From contig DASZGY010000019.1 of assembly GCA_035938395.1 (NCBI GenBank), positions 1 through 61,894 of the forward strand: 61,894 nt of DNA, in the 5' to 3' direction. Below, one piece after another: positions 1 to 9,241 of the stretch; within the stretch, counting starts at the first letter, position 1, and the number at the start of each line of letters is the position of its first letter. This DNA is from Acidimicrobiia bacterium (GTDB taxonomy: Bacteria; Actinomycetota; Acidimicrobiia; IMCC26256; JACDBD01). The position numbers and the translations under genes are program-made. The notes beneath the pieces were generated by a model. The model saw only the letters and a list, made by a program, of their open reading frames with translations, ran no database searches and was not told the origin of the DNA.

Positions 1-262
1 TGCGCTTGGGCGGCGTCGCCAGGATGCGACGAATGATTCGACCCACGAGGTGGGTGACGAGCCAGGCGACGAGCAGGATGAGCGCGACGCGCAGCGGCTT
101 CGCGAAGGCGTCGGCGATCTCGGCGGCGCGGTCGTTGTCGCTCACCCGGAACACCGTCGAGCAGAGCCACGACCGCTGACCGCGTGCTCCGCACACGTCG
201 GTCTCGGGGCTCACCTGGGAGTGCACGGACGCCGCCGCCGGCAGCAGCGCAAGAGCAGACAT
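1..262 (-). CDS. N-terminal part of a membrane protein, probably MscS-family mechanosensitive channel (runs off the window start)
   Basis: Manual translation from ATG at 262: MSALALLPAAA...VCGARGQRSWLCSTVFRVSDNDRAAEIADAFAKPLRVALILLVAWLVTHLVGRIIRR. It has a TM helix and no stop before position 1. TAGCTT lies 8 nt upstream. Family call rests on N-terminal resemblance only. Confidence 0.5.
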   Translation of the reverse strand, partial: MSALALLPAAASVHSQVSPETDVCGARGQRSWLCSTVFRVSDNDRAAEIADAFAKPLRVALILLVAWLVTHLVGRIIRRILATPPKR

Positions 263-323
263 GTCCGCCGAAGCTACCGCCGGCCGGGCCGCCGAATCGG
301 CCCGGGGTCACCGATCGGTCGGG

Positions 324-3300
324 TCAGGCGGGCGCCGGCTCCGCGTTCCGCATGGCCTCCTCCACCCGTTGGCTGACGACTCTGCTGGAGCCGCCGGGCG
401 GCATCGAGACGCCATAGAGAAGGTCGCCCGCCTCCATCGTGCGCTTCTGGTGCGTGACGATGACCAGCTGCGCCTCGTTGCGGAACTCGTCGACGAGGTC
501 GAGGAATCGGTGGAGGTTGACGTCGTCGAGCGCGGCCTCGACCTCGTCGAGCAGATAGAAGGGTGACGGGCGGGCGCGGAACACCGCGAACAGGAACGCC
601 AGCGCCGTGAGCGACCGCTCGCCGCCGGACAGGAGCGACAGTCGACGCACGTTCTTGCCCGACGGGCGCGCCTCGATCTCGATCCCGGTGTTCAGCACGT
701 CGTCGGGCTCGGTGAGGAAGACGCGGCCGGCGCCGCCCGGGAACAGCGTCGCGAACAGGGCGGAGAAATGCTCGCTGACGTCTTCGAACGCGGTTTGGAA
801 CACGCTCACGATCTCGCGGTCGACGGCCCGGATCACGCGCATCAGCTCGCGCCGGCTCTCCTTGACGTCGTCCAGCTGCTGCTGGAGGAACGTGTGGCGT
901 TCGGCCAGCGCGTCGTGCTCCTGGAGCGCCAACGGGTTGATCGGCCCGAGCATGCGCAGCTCGCGTTCGAGCTCGCGGGCGCGGCCGGCGAGCGTCGTGC
1001 CCTCGGGGACCTCGGGCTGGGGCGCGTCGAGGGCGACCGCGGGCTCGCAGTCGAAGTCGGTTCGGAGCTTCTCGATCGCGTTGTCGAGCCGCATGCGCGT
1101 CTCGGCCTCGTCGATCTCGGCCCGGTTGAGCTTCTCGCGGGTCTCGGCGCTCTCCTGCTCCAGCGCGGCCCGTTCGGCCCGCAGGGCGTCGAGGCGTTCG
1201 CCCGACGAGCGCGCCGCCTCCGACTGCCGCCGCCTCCGCTCACGCAGCCGGTCGTGGATCGCCTCGACCTGGGTCAGCAACGCGGTCAGGCGCTGTTCGA
1301 CCTCCCGGTACGCCTGCTGGCGGCCGGAGAGCGCCAACCGCCGGTGTTCGGCTTCGGCGTGCTCGGTCGCGTCGCGGCTCGACAAGCGGGCGTCGACGCC
1401 TTCGAGCCGTCGGGTCAATATGGCCCACCGCTCGGCGAGAGTGGCGACGCGAACCTCGAGGTCACGGCGCATCGCGGCGACATCGGTCGCACGGCGATCG
1501 AGCTCGGCGATGGCGACGTCGCGCGCGGCCTGCGCGTCGCGGTGACGTGCGCGGGCGGCATCGAGGCGCGCGGCCGCTTCGGCCCGAGCAGTCTGCGCGG
1601 CGCCGCGGGCGATCTCGGCGGCCGCGGCTTCGGCGGCGGCGTCGTCGAGGGCGGCCTTGGTGACCGCCGGCGCCGTGCCTCCGCCGAGGCGCCAAGGAGC
1701 CGCACCGCCGAGCCGGTCGCCGTCGGTGGTGACGACAACCACGTCGGGGTGGGCGAGCACGGCGTCGAGCGCCGCCCGCCATCCGCCTTCCACGAGCACG
1801 ATGCCGGCGAGGAGCCGCTCGAGCACCGCGTCGAGGCCGGGCCGGCGCGCCCGCACGCACTCGACGAGCGGACGCGCACCGGCCGGCGCCGCCGCGGGCG
1901 CGCGCGCACCGGCCGGGAGTGCATCGGCGAGGACAACGAGAGCTCGCGCGTCGCCGGCCTTGACGCGCTCGAGCGCGCGTCGGGCCGCGTCGCCGCCGTC
2001 GAGTACGACGGCTTGAAGCGCGTCGCCCAGACCCGCCGCGACCGCTTCTTCGGTGCCGGGGTCGATCTCGACGTGGTCGGCGAGCGGACCGGCGGCGCCA
2101 TCCATGTCGGCGAGCACCTCGGCGCCGGTCCCGGCGCGCGCTTCGCCCAGCGCCATGTCGAGCGCGTCGACGCGGGCGCGCTTGCGGGCTGCTTCTGCTT
2201 CGGCTTCGCGCCAGCGCTCGTCGGCCTCGGCGAGTTGCGTCTCCGCCGCGGGCACGCCCCCGCTTCCGTCCCGCTCGGCGTCCGTCTGCGCCGAGCGCTC
2301 GGCCGCGAGCTCCTGCTCGGCCGCTTCCACCTCCGCGAGCTTCGGCTCGAGCGCCGACGACTCGTCGTCGACCTCGGCGAGCTCGCGTCGCAGCGCGTCG
2401 GCGTCGGCGACCAGCGTCTCGATCACGCCCTCGTCGGCGGCGGCGGTGAGCTCGCGCTCGAGGCCGCGCTGCTTCTCGGCCAGCAGGGCGCGCAGGCCCC
2501 GCGCCCGCTCCCGCATCGTCTCGGCCCGCACGAGAGCTTCGGCGGCGTCGTCGTGGCCGAGAGCGGTGAGCGAGTGCTCGATGTCGAGCACGCTGCGATC
2601 GAGCTCGCGCAGCCGCGCCCGCACGAGCCGCTCCCTCTCGGCGTTCTCGTTGCGGGCGTCGTGCAGGCGCTCCAGCCGGGCCTGGCGCCCGGCGATCTCG
2701 TGGCCGGCGAGGTAGAGGCGGATCGCGCGCAGCTCCGCTTCGACACCGCCGTACCGGCGGGCGGCGTCGGCCTGCTTCTCGAGGGGCCGGAGCTGGCGGC
2801 CGACCTCGCGCACGAGGTCGTTCAGGCGCAGGAGGTTGCCCTCGGTCGCCTCGAGCCGTCGCTCGGCCCGCTCCCGGCGCTTGCGGAACTTGAGCACGCC
2901 GGCGGCTTCCTCGATGACCGCCCGACGATCGCCCGGTTGGGCGGTCAGCACCTCGTCGAGCTGACCCTGGCCGACGATGACGTGCTGCTGGCGGCCGATG
3001 CCCGTGTCGGACAGCAGCTCCTGGATGTCGAGCAGCCGGCACGTGACCCCGTTGAGCTGGTATTCGGACTCGCCGTCGCGGAACAGGGTCCGCGTGATCG
3101 TCACTTCCGTGAACTCGATCGGCAGCAGCCGGGCGCTGTTGTCGATGGTGAGCGACACCTCGGACCGTCCGAGCGCCGACCGCTCCGGCGTCCCGGCGAA
3201 GATGACGTCGTCCATGCGACCACCGCGCAACGTGCGGGGACCTTGCGCACCGAGCACCCAGGCCACCGCATCGACCAGGTTCGACTTGCCCGAGCCGTTC

Positions 3301-3395
3301 GGCCCCACGACGACGGTGACGCCGGGCTCGAACTCGAGCACCGTCTTGTCGGCGAACGACTTGAAGCCCCGCAGGGTCAGGGACTTGAGGAACAC
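324..3395 (-). CDS. smc: Chromosome segregation protein SMC (1023 aa)
   Basis: MFLKSLTLRGFKSF start, Walker A GPNGSGKSN, coiled coils, central hinge, signature LSGGE, Walker B/D-loop LLDEVEAALD, H-loop VTHQ; AGGAG RBS. Confidence 0.97.
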   Translation of the reverse strand: MFLKSLTLRGFKSFADKTVLEFEPGVTVVVGPNGSGKSNLVDAVAWVLGAQGPRTLRGGRMDDVIFAGTPERSALGRSEVSLTIDNSARLLPIEFTEVTITRTLFRDGESEYQLNGVTCRLLDIQELLSDTGIGRQQHVIVGQGQLDEVLTAQPGDRRAVIEEAAGVLKFRKRRERAERRLEATEGNLLRLNDLVREVGRQLRPLEKQADAARRYGGVEAELRAIRLYLAGHEIAGRQARLERLHDARNENAERERLVRARLRELDRSVLDIEHSLTALGHDDAAEALVRAETMRERARGLRALLAEKQRGLERELTAAADEGVIETLVADADALRRELAEVDDESSALEPKLAEVEAAEQELAAERSAQTDAERDGSGGVPAAETQLAEADERWREAEAEAARKRARVDALDMALGEARAGTGAEVLADMDGAAGPLADHVEIDPGTEEAVAAGLGDALQAVVLDGGDAARRALERVKAGDARALVVLADALPAGARAPAAAPAGARPLVECVRARRPGLDAVLERLLAGIVLVEGGWRAALDAVLAHPDVVVVTTDGDRLGGAAPWRLGGGTAPAVTKAALDDAAAEAAAAEIARGAAQTARAEAAARLDAARARHRDAQAARDVAIAELDRRATDVAAMRRDLEVRVATLAERWAILTRRLEGVDARLSSRDATEHAEAEHRRLALSGRQQAYREVEQRLTALLTQVEAIHDRLRERRRRQSEAARSSGERLDALRAERAALEQESAETREKLNRAEIDEAETRMRLDNAIEKLRTDFDCEPAVALDAPQPEVPEGTTLAGRARELERELRMLGPINPLALQEHDALAERHTFLQQQLDDVKESRRELMRVIRAVDREIVSVFQTAFEDVSEHFSALFATLFPGGAGRVFLTEPDDVLNTGIEIEARPSGKNVRRLSLLSGGERSLTALAFLFAVFRARPSPFYLLDEVEAALDDVNLHRFLDLVDEFRNEAQLVIVTHQKRTMEAGDLLYGVSMPPGGSSRVVSQRVEEAMRNAEPAPA

Positions 3396-3494
3396 CCGGG
3401 CGATTCTCCTTCGCCGAACTCAGTACTTATTGGCGCCGTCGGATCGTACCCACGAGGATCGCGCTCGTCGGGGACGCTTCCGTGAAATCGCGCC

Positions 3495-3773
3495 CTAGCG
3501 CACGCGAAATCCCTGCTCCCCGACCGGCGCCTCGTCGAGCACGTCGACGCGGTCGATGCGGGCCCTCCTCGGCCCTCGACGGCACCACTCGAGGACCTCG
3601 TCGACGGCGCCCGGAGGGCCCTCGAGAACGACCTCGACCCGGCCGTCGGCGAGGTTGCGAACCCAACCCGCGACTCCGGCGGCCTGCGCCTGGTCGCGGC
3701 ACGACTCCCGGAACCACACCCCCTGCACCCGGCCGGCGACGAAGACGCGGCGCCGGACGCGATCAGCGGTCAC
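3495..3773 (-). CDS. acyP: Acylphosphatase
   Basis: GRVQGVWFR and GWVRNLADGRVE motifs; typical position between mutM and smc. Confidence 0.95.
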   Translation of the reverse strand: MTADRVRRRVFVAGRVQGVWFRESCRDQAQAAGVAGWVRNLADGRVEVVLEGPPGAVDEVLEWCRRGPRRARIDRVDVLDEAPVGEQGFRVR

Positions 3774-3779
3774 GGTCAG

Positions 3780-4619
3780 TCAGACCTGGCACGCCTCGCA
3801 GAAGAACGTCGACCGCCCACCGATGCGCTGGCGGACGATCGGTTGGCGGCAGCGCCGGCACGCCTCGCCCTCACGGGCGTACACCTTGTGGTGCTGCTGG
3901 TACTCGCCCGGCTTGCCGTTGAGGTCGACGTACTGCTCGTCGGCCAGCGACGAACCGCGGTACTTCACGGCGTCCTGCAGCGTCTCGACCATCGAGCGAT
4001 AGAGCCGGCGGATCTCCTCGCCCGACAGCGAGTCGCTCATTCGGTCCCAGCGCAGTCCGGCGCCGAAGAGGATCTCGTCGCTGTAGATGTTGCCGATGCC
4101 GGCGAGGAACTTCTGGTCCATCAGCAAGCTCTTGAGCTTCATGTGCTTCGACGCGACAAGGCGACCGAAGTTGTCCCACGACATGGCGTCCTCGAGCGGG
4201 TCGATGCCGAGGTGGGAGAGCTCCGCCACCTCCTTCTCGACGCCGTCGAGCTCGGTGACGAACATCTCGCCGAACGTGCGCGGGTCGATGAAGCGGAGCT
4301 GACCGCCCTGGGTGAACGTGATCACGACGTGCGTGTGCTTCGCGGTCGTCTCGCGAGTTCCCTTGGCCCGAATGAGCTGTCCGGACATCCCGAGGTGGAT
4401 CACGAGAACGTCGCCTCCGTCGAGCCTGGCGAGGATGTACTTGCCGCGCCGTTCGATCCCGGTGATCTTCTTGCCGACGAGCCGGTTCGCGAACTGCTTC
4501 CGGTTGTGATGCCGGCGGATCGAGCGCATGCCGTCGGCGTCCACCGCCTTGATGCGCTTCCCCACGATCTCCCGTTCGAGGTCGCGGCGAACGACCTCGA
4601 CCTCAGGCAACTCCGGCAT
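3780..4619 (-). CDS. mutM: Formamidopyrimidine-DNA glycosylase
   Basis: Start reassigned to MPELPEVE (ATG at 4619); RRGKY, HLGMSG, GIGNIYSDE (H2TH) and C-terminal CRRC...CEACQ zinc finger. Confidence 0.97.
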   Translation of the reverse strand: MPELPEVEVVRRDLEREIVGKRIKAVDADGMRSIRRHHNRKQFANRLVGKKITGIERRGKYILARLDGGDVLVIHLGMSGQLIRAKGTRETTAKHTHVVITFTQGGQLRFIDPRTFGEMFVTELDGVEKEVAELSHLGIDPLEDAMSWDNFGRLVASKHMKLKSLLMDQKFLAGIGNIYSDEILFGAGLRWDRMSDSLSGEEIRRLYRSMVETLQDAVKYRGSSLADEQYVDLNGKPGEYQQHHKVYAREGEACRRCRQPIVRQRIGGRSTFFCEACQV

Positions 4620-5397
4620 CGTCTCCCTCCGGTCGGGACGCTTCGGCCCCTGTCGTGACCGCGTGCCCGTCATTGCGCGGGTCCGCGATCTCGCGGAGGT
4701 AACGCCAGGCGACGCGTGCCGCCGCTTGCTCCGCGTGCTTTTTCGATCGGCCTTCACCCGTTCCCCACGGCTCCCCGCGCAGCATCACGGTGGCGAAGAA
4801 GCGCTTCGAGTGGTCAGGTCCTTCGTGGCGCACCTGGTAGCGCGGGAGCTGGTCGAAGGTCTGCGTCGCCAGCTCCTGCAGCCGGGTCTTGTAGTCGTGC
4901 CCGCCGGGTCCGGCCGCGCCCTCGATGATGCGCGACTCGAGCAGCCGCAACACGAGCTTGCGGGCGGCGTCCCATCCACCGTCGAGGTAGACGGCGGCGA
5001 TCACGGCCTCCATGGCGTCGGCGAGGATCGACGGCTTGTCGCGTCCGCCCGTCGCTTCCTCCCCCTTGCCGAGGAGCAGCAGCCCGCCCAGCTGGGCTTC
5101 CCGCGCGACCTCGGCGAGCACCTCACTGTTGACGACCGAGGCGCGCAGCTTGGCCAGCTCGCCTTCCGGCATGTCGGGGTACTCGGCGACCATGTAGTCG
5201 GTGACGATCAGCCCGAGCACGGCGTCACCGAGGAACTCGAGACGCTCGTTCGACAAGGTGTCGGGGTGCTCGGCGCAGTACGAGCGGTGCGCGAGCGCGC
5301 GGTCGATCAGCTCGGGATCGCGGAACTTGAACCCGAGCACGGCGTCCATGCCGCGCGACCTCGCGTCCTTCCTTCTCCTACGACGTCCGGTGCGCAC
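4603..5397 (-). CDS. rnc: Ribonuclease III
   Basis: NERLEFLGDAVL signature, ADAMEAVIAAVYLD, dsRBD DYKTRLQE...GRSKKHAEQAAA; start could alternatively be ATG at 5349. Confidence 0.96.
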   Translation of the reverse strand: MRTGRRRRRKDARSRGMDAVLGFKFRDPELIDRALAHRSYCAEHPDTLSNERLEFLGDAVLGLIVTDYMVAEYPDMPEGELAKLRASVVNSEVLAEVAREAQLGGLLLLGKGEEATGGRDKPSILADAMEAVIAAVYLDGGWDAARKLVLRLLESRIIEGAAGPGGHDYKTRLQELATQTFDQLPRYQVRHEGPDHSKRFFATVMLRGEPWGTGEGRSKKHAEQAAARVAWRYLREIADPRNDGHAVTTGAEASRPEGDDAGVA

Positions 5398-5399
5398 CG

Positions 5400-5693
5400 C
5401 TAACTCCCCAGCCGGGCGACGACGTAGTCGACGGCCTCCTGCACGGTGCGCAGGTCGCCGAGGTCCTCGTCGTCGATGCTGAACCCGACGGTTCGCTCGC
5501 CGAGCTCTTCCTCGAGCGCCTCGACGAGCTCGATGAGCGCGAGCGAGTCGGCGTCGAGGTCCGCGGTGAAGCTCGATTCGAGCTTGATGCGGTCCTCGTC
5601 GATCTCGAGGATCTCCGCCAGCCGCTCGCGCAGGATCCGGTACACCTCGTCGGGTCCGATCGGTCCCTGCGCGACATGCGTCTCAGCCGGCAT
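5400..5693 (-). CDS. acpP: Acyl carrier protein
   Basis: DLDADSLALIELV phosphopantetheine-Ser motif; acidic; start MPAETH at 5693 overlaps the plsX end. Confidence 0.92.
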   Translation of the reverse strand: MPAETHVAQGPIGPDEVYRILRERLAEILEIDEDRIKLESSFTADLDADSLALIELVEALEEELGERTVGFSIDDEDLGDLRTVQEAVDYVVARLGS

Positions 5694-6684
5694 CGATGGA
5701 CTCCCTGAGCCGCCCCACCACGCCGGACTCGACGCATTCCTGCGCGACCCGAACCGCGTTGACGATCGCGCGCGCCGACGACGAGCCGTGCGAGATGACG
5801 CACACACCGTCGACGCCGAGGAGGACCGCGCCGCCTGTCGTGTCGGGATCGAACGCCCCTGCCGCGTCGAGCAGCAGCGGGGCGACGACCTTGCCCGCCT
5901 CCTTCGCCTCCGGCGTCGAGTCGAGCACGCTGAAGACGAGCTCGACGGCGGCTCGCAGCGCGCCTTCGAGCGTCTTGAGCACGACGTTGCCGGTGAACCC
6001 GTCGGTCACGACGACGTCCACCGTCCCGTGCATGAGGTCGCGACCCTCGACGTTGCCTTGGAAGCCCGGCACCGTCTCGAGCAGCGAGAACGTGCGCTTG
6101 CGCAGCTCGTCGCCCTTTCCGGGCTCCTCGCCGTTCGAGAGGAGCCCGACCGTGGGCTCGTCGACCGCCAGGCGGGTGCGTGCGTACTCGCGGCCCATGC
6201 GCGCGAACTGGGCGAGCCATTCCGGAGTGCAGTCGACGGTCGACCCGCCGTCGATGAGCAACTGGTGGCGGGTGCCCGCCGGCACCGGGATCGGCACCGC
6301 GATGGCGGGACGCGAGATGCCGCGCACCCGGCCCATGCGCAGCAGCGCCGCGGCCATCGTCGCACCCGTGTTGCCGGCGCCGACCATGGCCTGGGCGCGA
6401 CCCTCGCGCACGGCCTGCGCGCAACGGACGAGCGACGAGTCCTTCTTGCGCCGAGCCGCCGCCGCCGGGTCCTCGTCCATGGCCACGACCTCGGCGGCGT
6501 GCTCGACATCGATGCCCGGGGCGCGGCCGTCGGGCAGCAAGGGATCGATCGCGTCCTCCTGCCCGACGAGCAGCACGTCGACGCCGAGCTCGGAGACGGC
6601 GTCGACCGCGCCACGGACGATCTCGGCCGGAGCCTTGTCGCCGCCCATGGCGTCGACCGCGACGGTGATGCGCTGTGTGCCCAC
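5683..6684 (-). CDS. plsX: Phosphate acyltransferase PlsX
   Basis: VAVDAMGGD, AGNTGA, SNGEEPGKG, VTDGFTGNVVLK, SHGSS motifs; GTG start at 6684. Confidence 0.96.
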   Translation of the reverse strand: MGTQRITVAVDAMGGDKAPAEIVRGAVDAVSELGVDVLLVGQEDAIDPLLPDGRAPGIDVEHAAEVVAMDEDPAAAARRKKDSSLVRCAQAVREGRAQAMVGAGNTGATMAAALLRMGRVRGISRPAIAVPIPVPAGTRHQLLIDGGSTVDCTPEWLAQFARMGREYARTRLAVDEPTVGLLSNGEEPGKGDELRKRTFSLLETVPGFQGNVEGRDLMHGTVDVVVTDGFTGNVVLKTLEGALRAAVELVFSVLDSTPEAKEAGKVVAPLLLDAAGAFDPDTTGGAVLLGVDGVCVISHGSSSARAIVNAVRVAQECVESGVVGRLRESIDAG

Positions 6685-6689
6685 GTGCG

Positions 6690-6869
6690 CTAGTCGACCT
6701 CGATGACCTGGCGGTCGCGGTACCAGCCGCAGTTGTCGCACACCACGTGCGGCCGCTTCACGGCCCCGCAGTTCGGGCACAGCGACCGAGGCGGCGCCTC
6801 GAGGCGCCAGTTCGCGGCGCGCCGGCTGCGGGTCTTGGCCCGGGGGGTCTTGCGCTTGGGTACCGCCAT
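6690..6869 (-). CDS. rpmF: 50S ribosomal protein L32 (zinc-binding form; below the ORF-track size cutoff)
   Basis: Manual translation MAVPKRKTPRAKTRSRRAANWRLEAPPRSLCPNCGAVKRPHVVCDNCGWYRDRQVIEVD; yceD-rpmF-plsX synteny. Confidence 0.97.
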   Translation of the reverse strand: MAVPKRKTPRAKTRSRRAANWRLEAPPRSLCPNCGAVKRPHVVCDNCGWYRDRQVIEVD

Positions 6870-6885
6870 GGGTTGCCTTTCCGTC

Positions 6886-7377
6886 TCAGCTCAGGTCGAG
6901 TTCGGACAACGCCGACCAGCGCGGGTCCGGCGGCGGTGGCTCTTCGGCGACGACGTCCGGCGTGCAGGGTGCACGACCGGTCGTCTCGCACGTCGGGGCG
7001 AGCGGGAGCTCGAGCAGCACGACATCCCGCACCAGCTGCTCGAGGTCGATCTCGTGGCCCTCGAGCGGGTACGTGTCGCCCTCGACGGGCTCGGGCTCGA
7101 ACAGCTCGCCGACCTCCGGCGTGAGCGTGTGCTCCAGGTCGGTCAGGCACACGCCGCAGGTGCTCCGCCACACGGCTCGGACCGTCCCCCGGACGACCAC
7201 CCCGTCGGAGACCCGCTCGAGCACCAGATCGAGCACGATCGGCTCGTCGTCGGGGACGCGGGCCGCCGACCCGGCCAACGATCCCACCGGCGCCTCGAGG
7301 TGCACGGCACGGCGGGCAGCCGGATGGGTCAGCAGGTCGGCGACGTCGATGCGGAGCGCCGGGTTGTGGGCCGTCAT
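6886..7377 (-). CDS. YceD/DUF177 ribosome-biogenesis protein
   Basis: CGVCL motif, IDLEQLVRDVVLLELP, C-terminal DPRWSAL; upstream of rpmF. Confidence 0.9.
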   Translation of the reverse strand: MTAHNPALRIDVADLLTHPAARRAVHLEAPVGSLAGSAARVPDDEPIVLDLVLERVSDGVVVRGTVRAVWRSTCGVCLTDLEHTLTPEVGELFEPEPVEGDTYPLEGHEIDLEQLVRDVVLLELPLAPTCETTGRAPCTPDVVAEEPPPPDPRWSALSELDLS

Positions 7378-7495
7378 TGTGGGAGGGGCAGAGAGGAAGA
7401 ACTGCGGCCCGGCGTCGCCCCAAAGGACGTCGAAGCCGCTCCAGGGTACCAGGCGGCCCCGTTTTCCAGGATCTGTCAGGTTGGCGGAACGGGAC

Positions 7496-8089
7496 CTATC
7501 GGGCGTCCTGGTCGAAGAAGGTGTCCTCCAGGTCCGCCTCGACCTCGATCGAGACCGGCAGCTCCTCCATCTCCGGCTCGGAGTCGGAGTCGGACTCGGA
7601 GTCGAGGTCCTGCTCGGGCTCGGGTTCGATGACGACCTGCAGGCGCTCGCGGCCCTTCTGGACCGAGTGCATCGTCCGTTCGAGCACGACCTCGAAGGCG
7701 GCGAGCTTCTGGTCGACGTAGTCCTCGGCTTCGTGGCGGAGCTGCCGGCCCGAGGCCTCGGCGTCGTCGACCACGGACTGGGCGACGCGCCGGGCCTCAC
7801 GCACCACCTCGGTCCGCTCCACCATGCGCTCGGCGCGGACGCGCCCCGCCTCGATGATGTCGTCGGCCTCGCGACGGGCTTGGCTGAGGAACTCCTCCCG
7901 CTCCTTGAGCAACCACCGCGAGTGGCGCAGCTCCTGCGGCAGCGTGGCGATCGACTCCTCGAGCAGCTCGAGGAACTCCTCCCGGTTGACGAGCACCGAC
8001 GCCGACATCGGCATCGATCGGCCCGCCTCGACCAACTCCTTGAGGCGCAGGAGGATGCTCTCGACGTCGTACGCGGCCTGGTCGCTCAC
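7496..8089 (-). CDS. SepIVA/DivIVA-like coiled-coil protein with acidic tail
   Basis: RSMPMSASVLVNREE, LPQELRHSRWLLKERE, AEDYVDQKLAAFE; coaD-sepIVA-yceD synteny of actinobacteria. Confidence 0.8.
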   Translation of the reverse strand: MSDQAAYDVESILLRLKELVEAGRSMPMSASVLVNREEFLELLEESIATLPQELRHSRWLLKEREEFLSQARREADDIIEAGRVRAERMVERTEVVREARRVAQSVVDDAEASGRQLRHEAEDYVDQKLAAFEVVLERTMHSVQKGRERLQVVIEPEPEQDLDSESDSDSEPEMEELPVSIEVEADLEDTFFDQDAR

Positions 8090-8592
8090 TGGTCATCCCC
8101 GGCGAGGGCGGCGCGGTCCCCGAACCGCTCGGCCAGCCGTTTCGCGACGGCGGGGGGCACCATGTTGGTCACGTCGCCGCCGAAGCGGGCGACCTCCCGC
8201 ACGAGGCTCGACGACAGGAAGGAGTACTGCGGGCTGGTGGAGATGAAGAAGGTGTCGATCCCCGAGAGCCGCTCGTTCATCTGGGCCATCTGGAGCTCGT
8301 AGTCGAAGTCCGACATCGCCCGCAGGCCCTTCACGATCGCCTGGGCGTCGTGCTCCTTGGCGTAGTCGACGAGCAGGCCCTTGAACGAGCCGATGTGGAT
8401 GTTGGGGAGGTGCGCGGTGACCTCCCGCAGCATCTCCTGGCGCTCCTCGAGCGTGAACAGGGACTCGGACTTCTGCGGGTTGCGGATCACGGCGACGAGG
8501 ACGTCCTCGAAGTGGCGCGCCGTCCGCTCGATGATGTCGAGATGACCGTTCGTCACCGGGTCGAACGATCCCGGGCACAGTGCTCTCGCCAC
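8086..8592 (-). CDS. coaD: Phosphopantetheine adenylyltransferase
   Basis: CPGSFDPVTNGHLD, KGLRAMSDFDYELQMA, SSSLVREVA. Confidence 0.98.
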   Translation of the reverse strand: MARALCPGSFDPVTNGHLDIIERTARHFEDVLVAVIRNPQKSESLFTLEERQEMLREVTAHLPNIHIGSFKGLLVDYAKEHDAQAIVKGLRAMSDFDYELQMAQMNERLSGIDTFFISTSPQYSFLSSSLVREVARFGGDVTNMVPPAVAKRLAERFGDRAALAGDDQ

Positions 8593-8623
8593 GCCCTGTG
8601 ACTCCCCTGCTCTGTGAGGTCTC

Positions 8624-9226
8624 TCAACCCGTCGACGTTGTGAGGACGGTCACGAGCGTATCGCCGTAAGCCCGTTCCCACGTGGCCTTCCACGCCTCGG
8701 GTGCCGGCGCCGGCCCGACGCCCGACGGCCGCTCGACCACCACGGTGGCGCCCTCCGCCAGCCACCCGGAGCCTTCGAGGCCGCTCAGGACCCGGCCCAG
8801 ATCGGCCGACGACGATGCGTAGGGCGGATCGAGGAACACGAGATCGAACGGCTGCTCGGCCGGCGGCTTCCCCGCAAGGAACGTGGCGACGGTGCTCCCC
8901 TGCACGCGGGCCTGCCCGCGCAGGCGCGTGGTCGCGAGGTTGCGGCGCATGGCGGTCACCGCCGCGTGGTCGCGATCGACGAGCACGGCTCGCGCCGCGC
9001 CGCGCGACAACGCTTCGATCGCGAGCGCGCCGCTCCCCGCGTAGAGGTCGAGGACGGATGCGTCCACGAGCCGGTCGGGCCCCAGCGCGCCGAACAGCGA
9101 CTCCTTGACGCGGTCGGTCGTCGGCCGCGCTGCCCCGCCTTTGGGCGCGACCAGCGCCAATCCGCCGGCGACACCGGCAATCACCCGAAGTCCTTCCCGT
9201 CGCGAGCCCCGTCGCGTGCGCGCCAT
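8624..9226 (-). CDS. rsmD: 16S rRNA m2G966 methyltransferase
   Basis: RVIAG, RPTTDRVKESLF, LDLYAGSGAL, FLDPPY. Confidence 0.95.
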   Translation of the reverse strand: MARTRRGSRREGLRVIAGVAGGLALVAPKGGAARPTTDRVKESLFGALGPDRLVDASVLDLYAGSGALAIEALSRGAARAVLVDRDHAAVTAMRRNLATTRLRGQARVQGSTVATFLAGKPPAEQPFDLVFLDPPYASSSADLGRVLSGLEGSGWLAEGATVVVERPSGVGPAPAPEAWKATWERAYGDTLVTVLTTSTG

Positions 9227-9241
9227 CGCCGACCGACTCTG

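Noticed and set aside
768-3485. 905-aa plus-strand ORF, and similar long antisense ORFs (8966-12268, 18656-20824, 40483-42186)
   Set aside because: These are shadow frames opposite well-supported genes, expected in high-GC DNA, and contain no recognisable motifs.
3476-3489. parS-like sequence upstream of smc (GCTTCCGTGAAAT)
   Set aside because: It is one base short and mismatched relative to GTTTCACGTGAAAC, and not palindromic.
7570-7630. Short GAGTCG-type tandem repeats
   Set aside because: They simply encode the acidic low-complexity tail (EPEPE...DSESDSDSEPE) of the SepIVA-like protein.
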